Shown here: piece by piece, positions 37,027 to 46,054 of the stretch
How positions within the stretch are numbered: position 1 is the stretch's first letter
Layout: the number at the start of each line of letters is the position of its first letter
NCBI GenBank assembly: GCA_022530585.1
Contig: CP092821.1
Coordinates: 819,465-883,464, forward strand
Length of the DNA: 64,000 nt
DNA from: Candidatus Nealsonbacteria bacterium DGGOD1a
GTDB lineage: Bacteria; Patescibacteriota; Minisyncoccia; Minisyncoccales; UBA5738
Direction: 5' to 3'
Made by a program: the position numbers and the translations under genes
Notes under the pieces: generated by a model
Told to the model about the DNA's origin: nothing
Seen by the model: only the letters and a program-made list of their open reading frames with translations
Database searches by the model: none

Positions 37027-38463
37027 TTATGCCAAGGGTTTCCACAACCAATTGAACTTGCCCAATTTGGTTGCCGCCATTACCCGCAGAAAGGTCCGCG
37101 TAACCACAATGGCCGAATACATCGAAAGCAATATGCCCCAGATAAGCGTGGCGGCAAAGCCTTTCACAAAACTCGTCCCCAGAAAAAATAATATCAACGC
37201 CACCACGATCGTGGTGAAATTACCATCGCGGATCGCCGGCCAAGCGCGGTTGAAACCTTCTTCGATGCTCAAAGCCAGACTCTTGCCGCCTTTGAGCTCT
37301 TCTTTCATTCGGGAAAAAATCAGTACATTGGCATCCACGGCCATACCCACCGACAAGATAAACCCGCCAATGCCGGCCAAGCTCATTGTCACGCCCATCA
37401 ATTTGAATGCCGCCAGTAAAACAACCGCGTAAAGCGTCAATGCCAGCGATGCCAGCAATCCGGGCAGGCGGTAATAGAACACCATAAAAATCACCACCAA
37501 TAAAAATCCCAAAAGACCGGCATTGATCGCCCGGTCAAGCGAAACCGCGCCCAAAGTCGGCCCGATCTTTTGCTGGGTGATAGGTTGTCCCAGCGGAACC
37601 GGCAAGGCGCCTTCGTTCAAGCGCTTGATCAAAATTTTTGCCTCTTGCACGCTGGCAATCCCGGTGATTTGGGCTTTGCCGCCGGAAATCTTTTGTATAA
37701 CATTGGGCGCGTAAAGATCCGCTTCGTCAATCTTATCGTCACCGGTGGTGTCAATAATCGATTTGCCGTCCAAAAAGATCGCCATCGGCTTGCCCACATT
37801 GCGCTCGGTCATCTGTTCGAAAATTTTTGCGCCTTCGCCGTCGAACTGCATTTCCACCACCGGCGCGCCGGTGTTCGGATCAAAATCCAAAGCCGCTTTT
37901 TGCAGATATTTCCCGGTCATTTCGGTTTCTTTGAAATATGGATTCTGAAAAGCAATCTGGTAATCGGCCACCTTAACCATTTCTTCGGGGGTTTTGCCCT
38001 CCAATTCTTTGATCTTGGCAACAATTTTATCGGTTTCTTCCTGGGGCCGCTGTTCCAAAAAATTCAGCCAAGGAGTGGCGCCGATCCATTCGATTGCCTG
38101 GTCGATGCTCTCAATGCCGGGCAATTCCACGATCAAACGGTCTTGTCCCGAAACCTGAATTTGGGGCTCGGCCACGCCATAGCTGTTGATGCGCCGTTCG
38201 ATCAGATCTTTAACACCCTCCATCACGGTGGCGCGATCCTTTTCCGCCACTTGGCTCAAATCGGCCTGATATTCCAAATGCACTCCGCCTTTAACATCCA
38301 ATCCCAAATTAAACGGCTTGTCGGCAACATGCGGAATTTTAAAAGGAATCTTTGAATTTATCGCGTCAATCTGCCGGTTGGCAAACCCCGGAAAGCAAAA
38401 CAACGCGGACACCAACGCCAAAACTGCGATAAACAAAAGCGACCACCAATAATTTTTCTTCAT
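37027..38463 (-). CDS. secD: Protein-export membrane protein SecD
   Basis: SecD periplasmic and TM blocks. The start is probably at MKKNYWW (ORF M27). Confidence 0.85.
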   Translation of the reverse strand: MKKNYWWSLLFIAVLALVSALFCFPGFANRQIDAINSKIPFKIPHVADKPFNLGLDVKGGVHLEYQADLSQVAEKDRATVMEGVKDLIERRINSYGVAEPQIQVSGQDRLIVELPGIESIDQAIEWIGATPWLNFLEQRPQEETDKIVAKIKELEGKTPEEMVKVADYQIAFQNPYFKETEMTGKYLQKAALDFDPNTGAPVVEMQFDGEGAKIFEQMTERNVGKPMAIFLDGKSIIDTTGDDKIDEADLYAPNVIQKISGGKAQITGIASVQEAKILIKRLNEGALPVPLGQPITQQKIGPTLGAVSLDRAINAGLLGFLLVVIFMVFYYRLPGLLASLALTLYAVVLLAAFKLMGVTMSLAGIGGFILSVGMAVDANVLIFSRMKEELKGGKSLALSIEEGFNRAWPAIRDGNFTTIVVALILFFLGTSFVKGFAATLIWGILLSMYSAIVVTRTFLRVMAATKLGKFNWLWKPLA

Positions 38464-38537
38464 ATTAAATCTTAAAAAATTAAATTCACTCGCCCATTTA
38501 AATACCACAAATCCGCCCAAAAGTCCAACGCGCGTTA

Positions 38538-38897
38538 TCAACCCCGCAAAATTTCGCAGTTAAAACGCTTTTCTTGAAAATCGATTGCGCGCCGGATTTC
38601 ATCGTCGCCGGGATCATAACCAGCCGCGGCGACCACCAATTTGTCATCATCATCGTCCAAACGATGAATGATCGCAACCGCTTTCCCCTTCGCTTTTGCC
38701 AGCGGTTCATCCGCTCCCAAGAAATACGCGTCCAAATTCTCGCCGTCCGGCGCGATCACGCCCGGAATATAACCGTAATTAACTTCATAAACAAAACCAA
38801 ATTCGGGATGGACGCTCCCCATCGGCCGGTCAACGACAATTTCCACTTCCCTGCCCAAAAATCCTTTCGCAATTTCCAATGATTTTGAATTTCCCAT
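38538..38897 (-). CDS. Inorganic pyrophosphatase-like small protein
   Basis: YEVNYGYIPGVIAPDGENLDAYFLG resembles the family I PPase motif YPxNYGFIPxTxxEDGDPLDVLV. It is shorter than canonical PPases. The start was chosen at the internal MGNSK. Confidence 0.4.
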   Translation of the reverse strand: MGNSKSLEIAKGFLGREVEIVVDRPMGSVHPEFGFVYEVNYGYIPGVIAPDGENLDAYFLGADEPLAKAKGKAVAIIHRLDDDDDKLVVAAAGYDPGDDEIRRAIDFQEKRFNCEILRG

Positions 38898-39232
38898 TAT
38901 CGATGCATTGCCAGCAATGCAAAATTCATAAAATAACGGTCGAGCGATTCCAAATCGCTGCCGTATACTTTGCCGCCCAGAACCGCGTCGCAAAAAACTT
39001 CATAGGCGCGGCATAGCTCTTTTTTTTGCGAAGCAGTACGGTTCCTGTCCGCGAATGTCAAAAAAAACAATTCTTGGCCGCGAACTACCGCGCCCCAGAA
39101 TTTGGCCGCATCCCTTTCTTTGGCTAACCGGGCGCGGCTGATCTCGCTGCCGATATTCCCGAGTTGCTGCGCGAACGACAATTCAGACCATCGGCCGGCA
39201 GCCAGATTCTTGTGAATGGCTTGCTCGCTCAC
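38897..39232 (-). CDS. Hypothetical protein
   Basis: 111-aa ORF. Its stop overlaps the start of the next gene (TAATG). Confidence 0.4.
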   Translation of the reverse strand: MSEQAIHKNLAAGRWSELSFAQQLGNIGSEISRARLAKERDAAKFWGAVVRGQELFFLTFADRNRTASQKKELCRAYEVFCDAVLGGKVYGSDLESLDRYFMNFALLAMHR

Positions 39233-39576
39233 TTTATTAGTTTATTGATGATTTCTGTTATCTGCTTCTGCGTTTCCAAATTATCAACCGCGCGGCTACG
39301 GTTCCCAAAGGCTGGTTTTAAATTTACCATCGAATCGAATTCTATAAATTCAACTCCCTCTTTTTCCGGATACAAATTGATACCCCAGACATGCTGATGA
39401 TTGGAGCATTCTCTTTCAATCAGTAACTCAAGCTCATCCATGTGCAAATCCCCACCGAGAGCCATTATTCCTTTTTCAACATCCACCGCGGCCTTAACCA
39501 TATCGCCAAAACCCTCTTGGGCGATCTTTTTAAGTTCGAATCTGGTTATCGGGCTTTTGATGATTCTTATTTCCAT
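39229..39576 (-). CDS. Hypothetical protein
   Basis: The start was chosen at the internal MEIRIIKSP. The N-terminal part of the track ORF is a basic read-through. Confidence 0.35.
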   Translation of the reverse strand: MEIRIIKSPITRFELKKIAQEGFGDMVKAAVDVEKGIMALGGDLHMDELELLIERECSNHQHVWGINLYPEKEGVEFIEFDSMVNLKPAFGNRSRAVDNLETQKQITEIINKLIK

Positions 39577-39580
39577 GATA

Positions 39581-40021
39581 TTATTTTGACCCATTAATAT
39601 CGCTATCGCAAAAATTTTTCCCGGTTCGGTAGCTCTCCATCGCCAATTTGCATGTTTCGAATACCGGTTGCGGCAAATTTTCGATTTCGTACCAGCCCCA
39701 TGATTCCGATCTTTCCGGTTCCAATACTTTTGGCTCACCGCTTTCCCAATCCGCCAATAATCCTATATGAACATAATGCTTTGGCGCATATTTGATTATG
39801 TTTGCCAAAAATTGGAATCGGATATTTTTAATTTTAATACCGCATTCTTCGCTAATTTCCCTTCTGACGCAATCCTTGAACGATTCCATATATTCCAAGT
39901 GGCCGCCGGGAAAAGCGTATTCTCCTTGGCCATGGGACCCTTTTCTTTTGCCAAGCAACACTTTCCCTTCTTTAAAGATCATTATACCAATGCCAACCTT
40001 AGGTTTGTTTTCTTGTTCCAT
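39581..40021 (-). CDS. NUDIX hydrolase
   Basis: The Nudix box GGHLEYMESFKDCVRREISEECGI. Confidence 0.75.
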   Translation of the reverse strand: MEQENKPKVGIGIMIFKEGKVLLGKRKGSHGQGEYAFPGGHLEYMESFKDCVRREISEECGIKIKNIRFQFLANIIKYAPKHYVHIGLLADWESGEPKVLEPERSESWGWYEIENLPQPVFETCKLAMESYRTGKNFCDSDINGSK

Positions 40022-40057
40022 AATTAAATTGATGATTTTTCGAACATCGGAATTAAA

Positions 40058-40195
40058 ATACAATTTGGCGAGGTCGCACCTCGGCGAGTACGCCGAGGAA
40101 CGACCTCAAATGCGAATACGGATTATTTCCCGTAGCACTTTTTGTATTTTTTGCCTGAACCGCACGGACAGGGATTGCCGCGATTGACTTTGTCC
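40058..40195. repeat. Duplicated copy (~80 percent identical) of the secA 3' end plus its downstream hairpin (compare 40858..41000)
   Basis: The reverse complement encodes [25 protein letters not shown], a second copy of the SecA Sec-C zinc tail, followed by the hairpin gaggtcgcacctcggcgagtacgccgaggaacgacctc. Confidence 0.6.
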
Positions 40196-40198
40196 AAA

Positions 40199-40546
40199 TC
40201 AACCGCCCATATCTTCCAATATAGATTTGATTCGTTTTTTCAACGGCGGCAAATCTTCTTTTATGGTTTTCCAAACTTTTTCGAAATTCAAACCGAAATA
40301 ATCATGTGTTAAAACATCTCTCATGCCACAAATATCTTTCCATGGGATTTCTTTATGATCTTTTTTAAAATCAGCGGCAATATTTTTTGCCGCCTCGCCG
40401 ATAATTTCAATCCTCCTGACCGCCGCGTCTTGCACCGCGCCATTATTGCGAAAATCACCTTTGGACATATCGCCGACATAAAGCTCGATCTTTTGGATAC
40501 ATTCCAATATATCCCCAATAAAAGCTTTTTGGCTTCTTTTTTTCAT
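40199..40546 (-). CDS. hepT: HepT-like HEPN toxin (DUF86) of a HepT/MntA TA module
   Basis: The HEPN RX4HXY-type motif region ([10 protein letters not shown]). It overlaps the partner by 4 nt (ATGA). Confidence 0.75.
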   Translation of the reverse strand: MKKRSQKAFIGDILECIQKIELYVGDMSKGDFRNNGAVQDAAVRRIEIIGEAAKNIAADFKKDHKEIPWKDICGMRDVLTHDYFGLNFEKVWKTIKEDLPPLKKRIKSILEDMGG

Positions 40547-40821
40547 AAAATCGGAATCTGCTCTTTTAGTATGTCGTCTTTTAATAATGGATGCAAAAGA
40601 TGATATTCCACCAGATCAACCTTTTTGCCGATTTTTTCCTCCAAATCAACTTTTAAGCCGCCCATGCCAAATAAAGTCATTTCCTCGGGCAATTCCACCA
40701 ATAAATCGACATCGCTATTCCTTTTTTGTTCGCCGCGGGCGTAAGAACCGAAAATCGCGGCCTTGGTCACACCCCTTGCCTTTAAAATAATTTTTATCTT
40801 TTCAATTATTTTCTTGTTCAT
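40543..40821 (-). CDS. mntA: MntA-like minimal nucleotidyltransferase antitoxin
   Basis: GSYARGEQKRNSDVDLLV (the NTase GS...DxD motif). The true start is at MNKKIIEK. The upstream 84 codons of the track ORF are read-through over the secA tail. Confidence 0.75.
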   Translation of the reverse strand: MNKKIIEKIKIILKARGVTKAAIFGSYARGEQKRNSDVDLLVELPEEMTLFGMGGLKVDLEEKIGKKVDLVEYHLLHPLLKDDILKEQIPIL

Positions 40822-40930
40822 ACGCAAAATATAACACAAAAATATAGTTTTATGAAAATAACGCCAACGCGATTTGCCGTTGTCGCATCGCCGATTACGG
40901 CAAGGAACAACCTCAAATGCAAAACACAAA

Positions 40931-43363
40931 TCACTTCCCGCAACACTTTTTGTATTTTTTGCCACTGCCGCACGGACAGGGAGCGTTGCGGTCAACTTTG
41001 CCGTAGCGAGCCGAAGAGTTTTGCGGTTGAGGCCGGGATGCCGCGGCGACCGCGTTTTTATTGATTGTAACATTCAAAAGATTTTGCAGAATGTTGGCTT
41101 CAACCGTGTCCAAGAGATTGCGAAATTGCTTGTTGGCTTCGCTTTTATATTCCACCAGCGGATCCTGCTGGCCATAAGCGCGCAAACGCACCGAATCGCG
41201 CACGCTGTCCATCATCTCCAAATGTTCCTGCCAGAAAAAATCAATTGTTTTGAGCGCGATGAACCGGCCGGCTTGAATCATCGCTTCCTTGCCGTTTTCC
41301 GCCTCCCGTTTGGCGTATTGATCGCCCGCTTGGCCCTTTTCGACCAGCTCCATAATATAATCATGGATTTCTTCGTCGCTTTTCTGCAGAATTTCATCGC
41401 GCTTTTTGTAAATAACCTCGCGATGCTTGTTTAAGACGCTGTCATAATCCAGCAAGTGCTTGCGAATGTCAAAATTGGCGCCTTCAATCTTGGTTTGCGC
41501 CTCTTCGATCCTTTTGGAAACCATGCCCGACTCGATCGGCTGGTCCTCGGGAACTTTTAACATATCCATCAATTTTCTCATCGCCTCGCCCGCGAAAATA
41601 CGCACCAAATCATCCTCGGTGGAAATGAAAAATTGCGTGGTACCCGGATCGCCTTGGCGGCCGGCGCGGCCGCGCAACTGGTTATCAATGCGCCGAGCTT
41701 CATGCCTTTCCGTGCCGACAATCAGCAATCCGCCCGCGTCGCGCACCTTTTGCGCTTCCGCCGCGGACGAAGGGTTGCCGCCCAAAATAATATCCACGCC
41801 GCGGCCCGCCATATTCGTGGCGATCGTCACCGCGCCATAGCGGCCCGCTTGGGCGATGATTTCGCCTTCGCGTTCATGGTTCTTGGCGTTCAGTATCTCG
41901 TGTTTTATTCCTTCCCTTTCCAACAATTTTCCCAGATATTCGTTTTTTTCCACCGACCGGGTGCCCACCAGCATCGGCTGGCCGATTTTATTGCGTTCTT
42001 TTATCTCGGCCACCAACGCTAAAAACTTGCCGCGCTCAGTCTTATATATCCGGTCGGGCAAATCAACGCGCGCCAATTTATTGTTGGTCGGAATCGGCAC
42101 CGAATCAAGCCCGTAAACTTTATCGAATTCTTCGGCGGAAGTTAGAGCCGTACCGGTCATTCCCGCGAGCTTTTTGTATCCTTTGAAAAGATTCTGGAAA
42201 GTGATTGACGCCAGCGTGAGCGACTCGGCCTGAACCTTTACGCCCTCTTTGGCCTCAATGGCCTGATGCAAACCGCCCGACCAGCGGCGGCCCGGCATCA
42301 AGCGGCCGGTAAACTCATCGATAATAATAACTTGGCCGTCCTTAACCACATAATCGCGATCCGATTTATAAAGCGCCTGGGCGCGCAACGCCTGTTCCAA
42401 ATGATGAAGATATTTTATCCCCTTCTCTTCATATATGTTTTCCATACCCATAATCCGCTCCACTTTGGCAATGCCGCTTTCGGTCAAAGTCGCGGCCCGG
42501 TCTTTTTCGTCCACCTTGTAATCGTCTTCGGGTTTCAACTGCGGAATTACGCGCGCGAAATCCTGATACCATTTGGAACTTTCCTCGTCGGGGGCCGAAA
42601 TAATCAGCGGCGTGCGCGCCTCGTCAATCAAAATCGAATCGACTTCATCGACGATGGCGTAGTTAAAACCGCGCTGGACTTTGTCTTCCAAACGATAAGC
42701 CATATTGTCGCGCAGATAATCGAATCCGAATTCGTTATTGGTGCCGTAAGTGATATCGGCCGCGTAAGCTTCCCGGCGCGAGCAAGGCCGCAAAAAATCC
42801 TGCGAAATATGAAATGACCCCAAATTATCCCGCATCGTATCCTCGGTTTCCTGCGCTTTTTTATAATTCGGATCGTATAAGAACGACTGATCGTGATTGA
42901 TGCAACCCGTGGACAATCCCAACGCGGAATAAACTTGGCCCATCCAAACGCAATCGCGCCGCGCCAGATAATCGTTAACCGTAACCAAATGCACCCCCTC
43001 TCCCGACAGCGCGTTCAAATACACCGGCGCGGTCGCGGTCAAGGTTTTGCCTTCGCCGGTTTTCATTTCCGCGATTTTTCCCTGATGCAAAACAATACCG
43101 CCCATCAGCTGAACATCAAAATGCCGCTGGCCCAAATTGCGGCGCGCCGCTTCCCGCGCCAAAGCAAACGCCTCGGGCAGAATATCGTCTAAAACCGCGC
43201 CTTTGGCCAGACGGTCCTTGAACTCCGCGGTTTTGTCTTTGATCCGCTCATCGCTCAACTCCCGGAAATTTTTTTCCAAGCCGTTAATCGCGTCCACCTC
43301 CGGTCGCAGTTTCTTGAAATAATTTTTGTTTTCGTCGCCGAAAATCTTGGTGAGTAAAGACAT
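40931..43363 (-). CDS. secA: Preprotein translocase ATPase SecA
   Basis: [13 protein letters not shown]..., the DEAD-like motor domains, and a C-terminal zinc tail [15 protein letters not shown]. The ORF-track start (TTG, 43372) is probably 3 codons upstream of the true ATG. Confidence 0.95.
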   Translation of the reverse strand: MSLLTKIFGDENKNYFKKLRPEVDAINGLEKNFRELSDERIKDKTAEFKDRLAKGAVLDDILPEAFALAREAARRNLGQRHFDVQLMGGIVLHQGKIAEMKTGEGKTLTATAPVYLNALSGEGVHLVTVNDYLARRDCVWMGQVYSALGLSTGCINHDQSFLYDPNYKKAQETEDTMRDNLGSFHISQDFLRPCSRREAYAADITYGTNNEFGFDYLRDNMAYRLEDKVQRGFNYAIVDEVDSILIDEARTPLIISAPDEESSKWYQDFARVIPQLKPEDDYKVDEKDRAATLTESGIAKVERIMGMENIYEEKGIKYLHHLEQALRAQALYKSDRDYVVKDGQVIIIDEFTGRLMPGRRWSGGLHQAIEAKEGVKVQAESLTLASITFQNLFKGYKKLAGMTGTALTSAEEFDKVYGLDSVPIPTNNKLARVDLPDRIYKTERGKFLALVAEIKERNKIGQPMLVGTRSVEKNEYLGKLLEREGIKHEILNAKNHEREGEIIAQAGRYGAVTIATNMAGRGVDIILGGNPSSAAEAQKVRDAGGLLIVGTERHEARRIDNQLRGRAGRQGDPGTTQFFISTEDDLVRIFAGEAMRKLMDMLKVPEDQPIESGMVSKRIEEAQTKIEGANFDIRKHLLDYDSVLNKHREVIYKKRDEILQKSDEEIHDYIMELVEKGQAGDQYAKREAENGKEAMIQAGRFIALKTIDFFWQEHLEMMDSVRDSVRLRAYGQQDPLVEYKSEANKQFRNLLDTVEANILQNLLNVTINKNAVAAASRPQPQNSSARYGKVDRNAPCPCGSGKKYKKCCGK

Positions 43364-43574
43364 AATTTTCAATTTTCAATTTTCAATTTTTCCGCCAAAG
43401 GACGGATCCGCCTCCGGCGGACATTGAATTTCCAATGAACCAATTTCCAAGCAAAACAACTAAAAAATTGGCAGAAAATTGAATATTTAACTATCTAATT
43501 TTGATCCTCTTAATTGTAGACCAATTTATAAAAAAAGAAAGACCGGCAAGGTTATCACCGGAAAAAATTAAAAA

Positions 43575-43682
43575 TCAATATTTTCTTTTTTTATATTTAC
43601 CTCTGCATATGGGGCAAACTTTCTTGCCCCCAACTTTGGGATGCCCATTTTGGCAAACCCAAATAAACTTCCTTTTACTCAT
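43575..43682 (-). CDS. Candidate 35-aa zinc-ribbon protein (MSKRKFIWVCQNGHPKVGGKKVCPICRGKYKKRKY), bL32-like C-terminus
   Basis: A CxxxH...CxxC ribbon. A strong RBS (aggggga) lies 5 nt upstream of the ATG. Below the ORF-track size cut-off. Confidence 0.35.
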   Translation of the reverse strand: MSKRKFIWVCQNGHPKVGGKKVCPICRGKYKKRKY

Positions 43683-43822
43683 CCTCATCCCCCTGTTTTT
43701 TTATTAAATGTCTATTCGACCCGGAAGATACACCTTCCGGATACCACTTCTCATCGTCTTGAAGCGGTACCTGATCGCGTCTTAGAAATTCTGTCATTAT
43801 AGACCACTGCCAGTAGACTAAA

Positions 43823-44170
43823 TTATTTCCGCGCTTTGTCAAGCATTTTTTCTTTGAAGTCCGTGATTTGCCTTTGCAAATCGTCACGCACCGCCACGAC
43901 GGCTTTTTCCAGATCGTCGGCGCTTTTGGCCGCGCGCAATTTGTTGCGATGAAAAGTTATCAAAACCTCGGCGCGGCAAATATCGCCCTTGCGATGGTGC
44001 AAAGTTGTGCGGCCCACTTCAACAACCGCCTCGATTTTGGAAACCAGCGACGGATCGTCGACTTCTTGCAGCAAGTCGAAATATTTTTCCAGCGACCCGA
44101 TCTTTTCCTCGACAAACTCGCGCAACGACGGCGTCATTTCGATATTCTTGGTTTTAACGATTATATTCAT
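43823..44170 (-). CDS. hpf: Ribosome hibernation promoting factor (HPF/RaiA family)
   Basis: MNIIVKTKNIEMTPSLREFVEEKIGSLEKYF is typical of HPF. The start is at the internal Met (ORF M32). Confidence 0.75.
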   Translation of the reverse strand: MNIIVKTKNIEMTPSLREFVEEKIGSLEKYFDLLQEVDDPSLVSKIEAVVEVGRTTLHHRKGDICRAEVLITFHRNKLRAAKSADDLEKAVVAVRDDLQRQITDFKEKMLDKARK

Positions 44171-44986
44171 GATTTTATCTGATTTCCTTGAATTGCGAAA
44201 CGCTTTGCATTTGGGGTCTAACCCTTGCTGCCTGTCCCGAGTATTCCCGAGGGATAATCGCAAGGGTTAGACCCCTTCAAAGCATTTGAATCCAATGGTT
44301 TCGCAATTCAAAGGAATTTAATAATTCCGCAATTCAAAACGATTTATAAATGATTATACAAATTAAATACAAATTATCAAAACGGATTATTCCGCTTTTT
44401 TATTAAAAATCCGCTTTATTTCGCGGCTTATCGACAACAAAAGAATATTTTAAACAAATATTCTCTTGTTGTTAAGATTGCTTTAATTATTTGTTGGAAA
44501 TCTTTTTCTTGCTTTTCCGATTCTTTATCTTGGTCTCTTTCGAAGGCCGTTGTTTTTTTCTCTTGGGGACTTGAACCATATTTTTAATTAAAGCTTTTTA
44601 TTTCCTCCCGTTCGGCTCAAAGAAAACTATCTCTTCTTTGCAACCTTCTTCTTCGCTTTCGGTTTTGCTTTCGGTTTTGCCTTAGCTTTTTTTGCCGCCA
44701 TGGTTTTTAAAATTATTTTAAAATTACTTCTAAAAATTTTCGACCGTTATTTTTTTGCTCGCGAAATTTTTGTTAAAAAAATTTCGCGACAACTGTTATA
44801 TTTATTTTTTCATGTCGCGAAACTTTGTCAAGTGTGGATAACTAATCCACGAAAAAATTAACAAATTTTTTCGTAATTTTCAATTAACAATTTTCAATTT
44901 TCAAAAATACTTTGCTATCTGTTTGAACATTGACAATTGAGACATTCATTAAAAATTGGAATTTGAAAATTGAAAATTAATTTTGT

Positions 44987-45865
44987 TTATAGGATTTCAA
45001 TCTCTTCTTTCATTCCCACGCCGAATTTTTCTTTGGCCGCGGATTTTATTTGCGCGATGATATCTTTGACATTTTGCGCGGTCGCGCCGCCGCGATTCAC
45101 GATAAAATTGGAATGTTTCTCCGAAACTTGCGCGCCGCCGATCAATTTGCCCTTGAATCCGCAGTCATCGATTATTTTTCCGGCAAAAAATCCCGGCGGG
45201 TTGACAAACACCGAACCGGCCGAAGGATATTCCAGCGGTTGAGTGGTCGATTTTTTGGCAAGATATTCATCCATTAACGATTTGATATCTTCTCGATTGC
45301 CTTTTGCCAGCGAAATATCCGCCGCCGCGATCACCAAATTTTTGTCGTGTTTAAATGCGCTTTCACGGTAAGAAAAACCGCACTCCGGCTTCCCAAAAAC
45401 TTTTTCTTTGACGCCTTTCGGCAAAATTTCGATCACCCTCACCTTGCGGACGCATTCGGAAATCTCGCCATGAAACGCGCCCGCGTTGCCCCGGATCGCC
45501 CCGCCCGCGGTTCCCGGTATGCCAACCGCCCATTCCATTCCGGTCAGTGAACGCTCCAGCGCGTAACGCGCGAGCGCGGCCAGCGGCGTACCGGCGCCGA
45601 CGGCAAGCAAAACGCGCGCGCCCTCCTCTTTGACTTCAATCGAATTATTTTCGATTTTTAATACCATGCCCGGATAGCCTTCGTCGGAAAACAAAACATT
45701 GCTGCCGCCGCCCAAAACAAAGAACGGGAATTTGTTTTCCCGCGCCGCTTCCACTCCGGCGATTATTTCGTCCGTATCGCCCGCCGCGAACACCACTCGC
45801 GCCGGTCCGCCGATGCGATAGGTACAGTATTTATCCAACGGCTCGTTTTTTTTGATCGTCGACAT
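44987..45865 (-). CDS. murB: UDP-N-acetylenolpyruvoylglucosamine reductase MurB
   Basis: An FAD-binding domain (FVLGGGSNVLF) and a MurB C-terminus. Confidence 0.85.
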   Translation of the reverse strand: MSTIKKNEPLDKYCTYRIGGPARVVFAAGDTDEIIAGVEAARENKFPFFVLGGGSNVLFSDEGYPGMVLKIENNSIEVKEEGARVLLAVGAGTPLAALARYALERSLTGMEWAVGIPGTAGGAIRGNAGAFHGEISECVRKVRVIEILPKGVKEKVFGKPECGFSYRESAFKHDKNLVIAAADISLAKGNREDIKSLMDEYLAKKSTTQPLEYPSAGSVFVNPPGFFAGKIIDDCGFKGKLIGGAQVSEKHSNFIVNRGGATAQNVKDIIAQIKSAAKEKFGVGMKEEIEIL

Positions 45866-46054
45866 AAAAAAGAATCAATATAAGAGCGTGGAAAAACTAT
45901 TTTCAGAACGAAATTTTCAGATTTCGAGCGAGAAAAATGAGGAAAGAGAAGGCATACTTGGCTTAAAGTCTGCCGCCGACTGACGAATTTTTCGCAGCCG
46001 AAAGATGGAAATTGCAGTTGAAATATAGTTTTTCTACGCTCTCAATATATAAAA

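Noticed and set aside
40053-40274. Track ORF 40053..40274(-) as a gene
   Set aside because: It is the duplicated secA tail and hairpin read in a wrong frame. The Sec-C-like peptide appears only in a different short frame.
43370-44960. Possible CRISPR array suggested by ttttcaattttcaa / gaaaattg short repeats
   Set aside because: The repeats are short, AT-rich and irregularly spaced with no uniform spacers. No cas genes are present.
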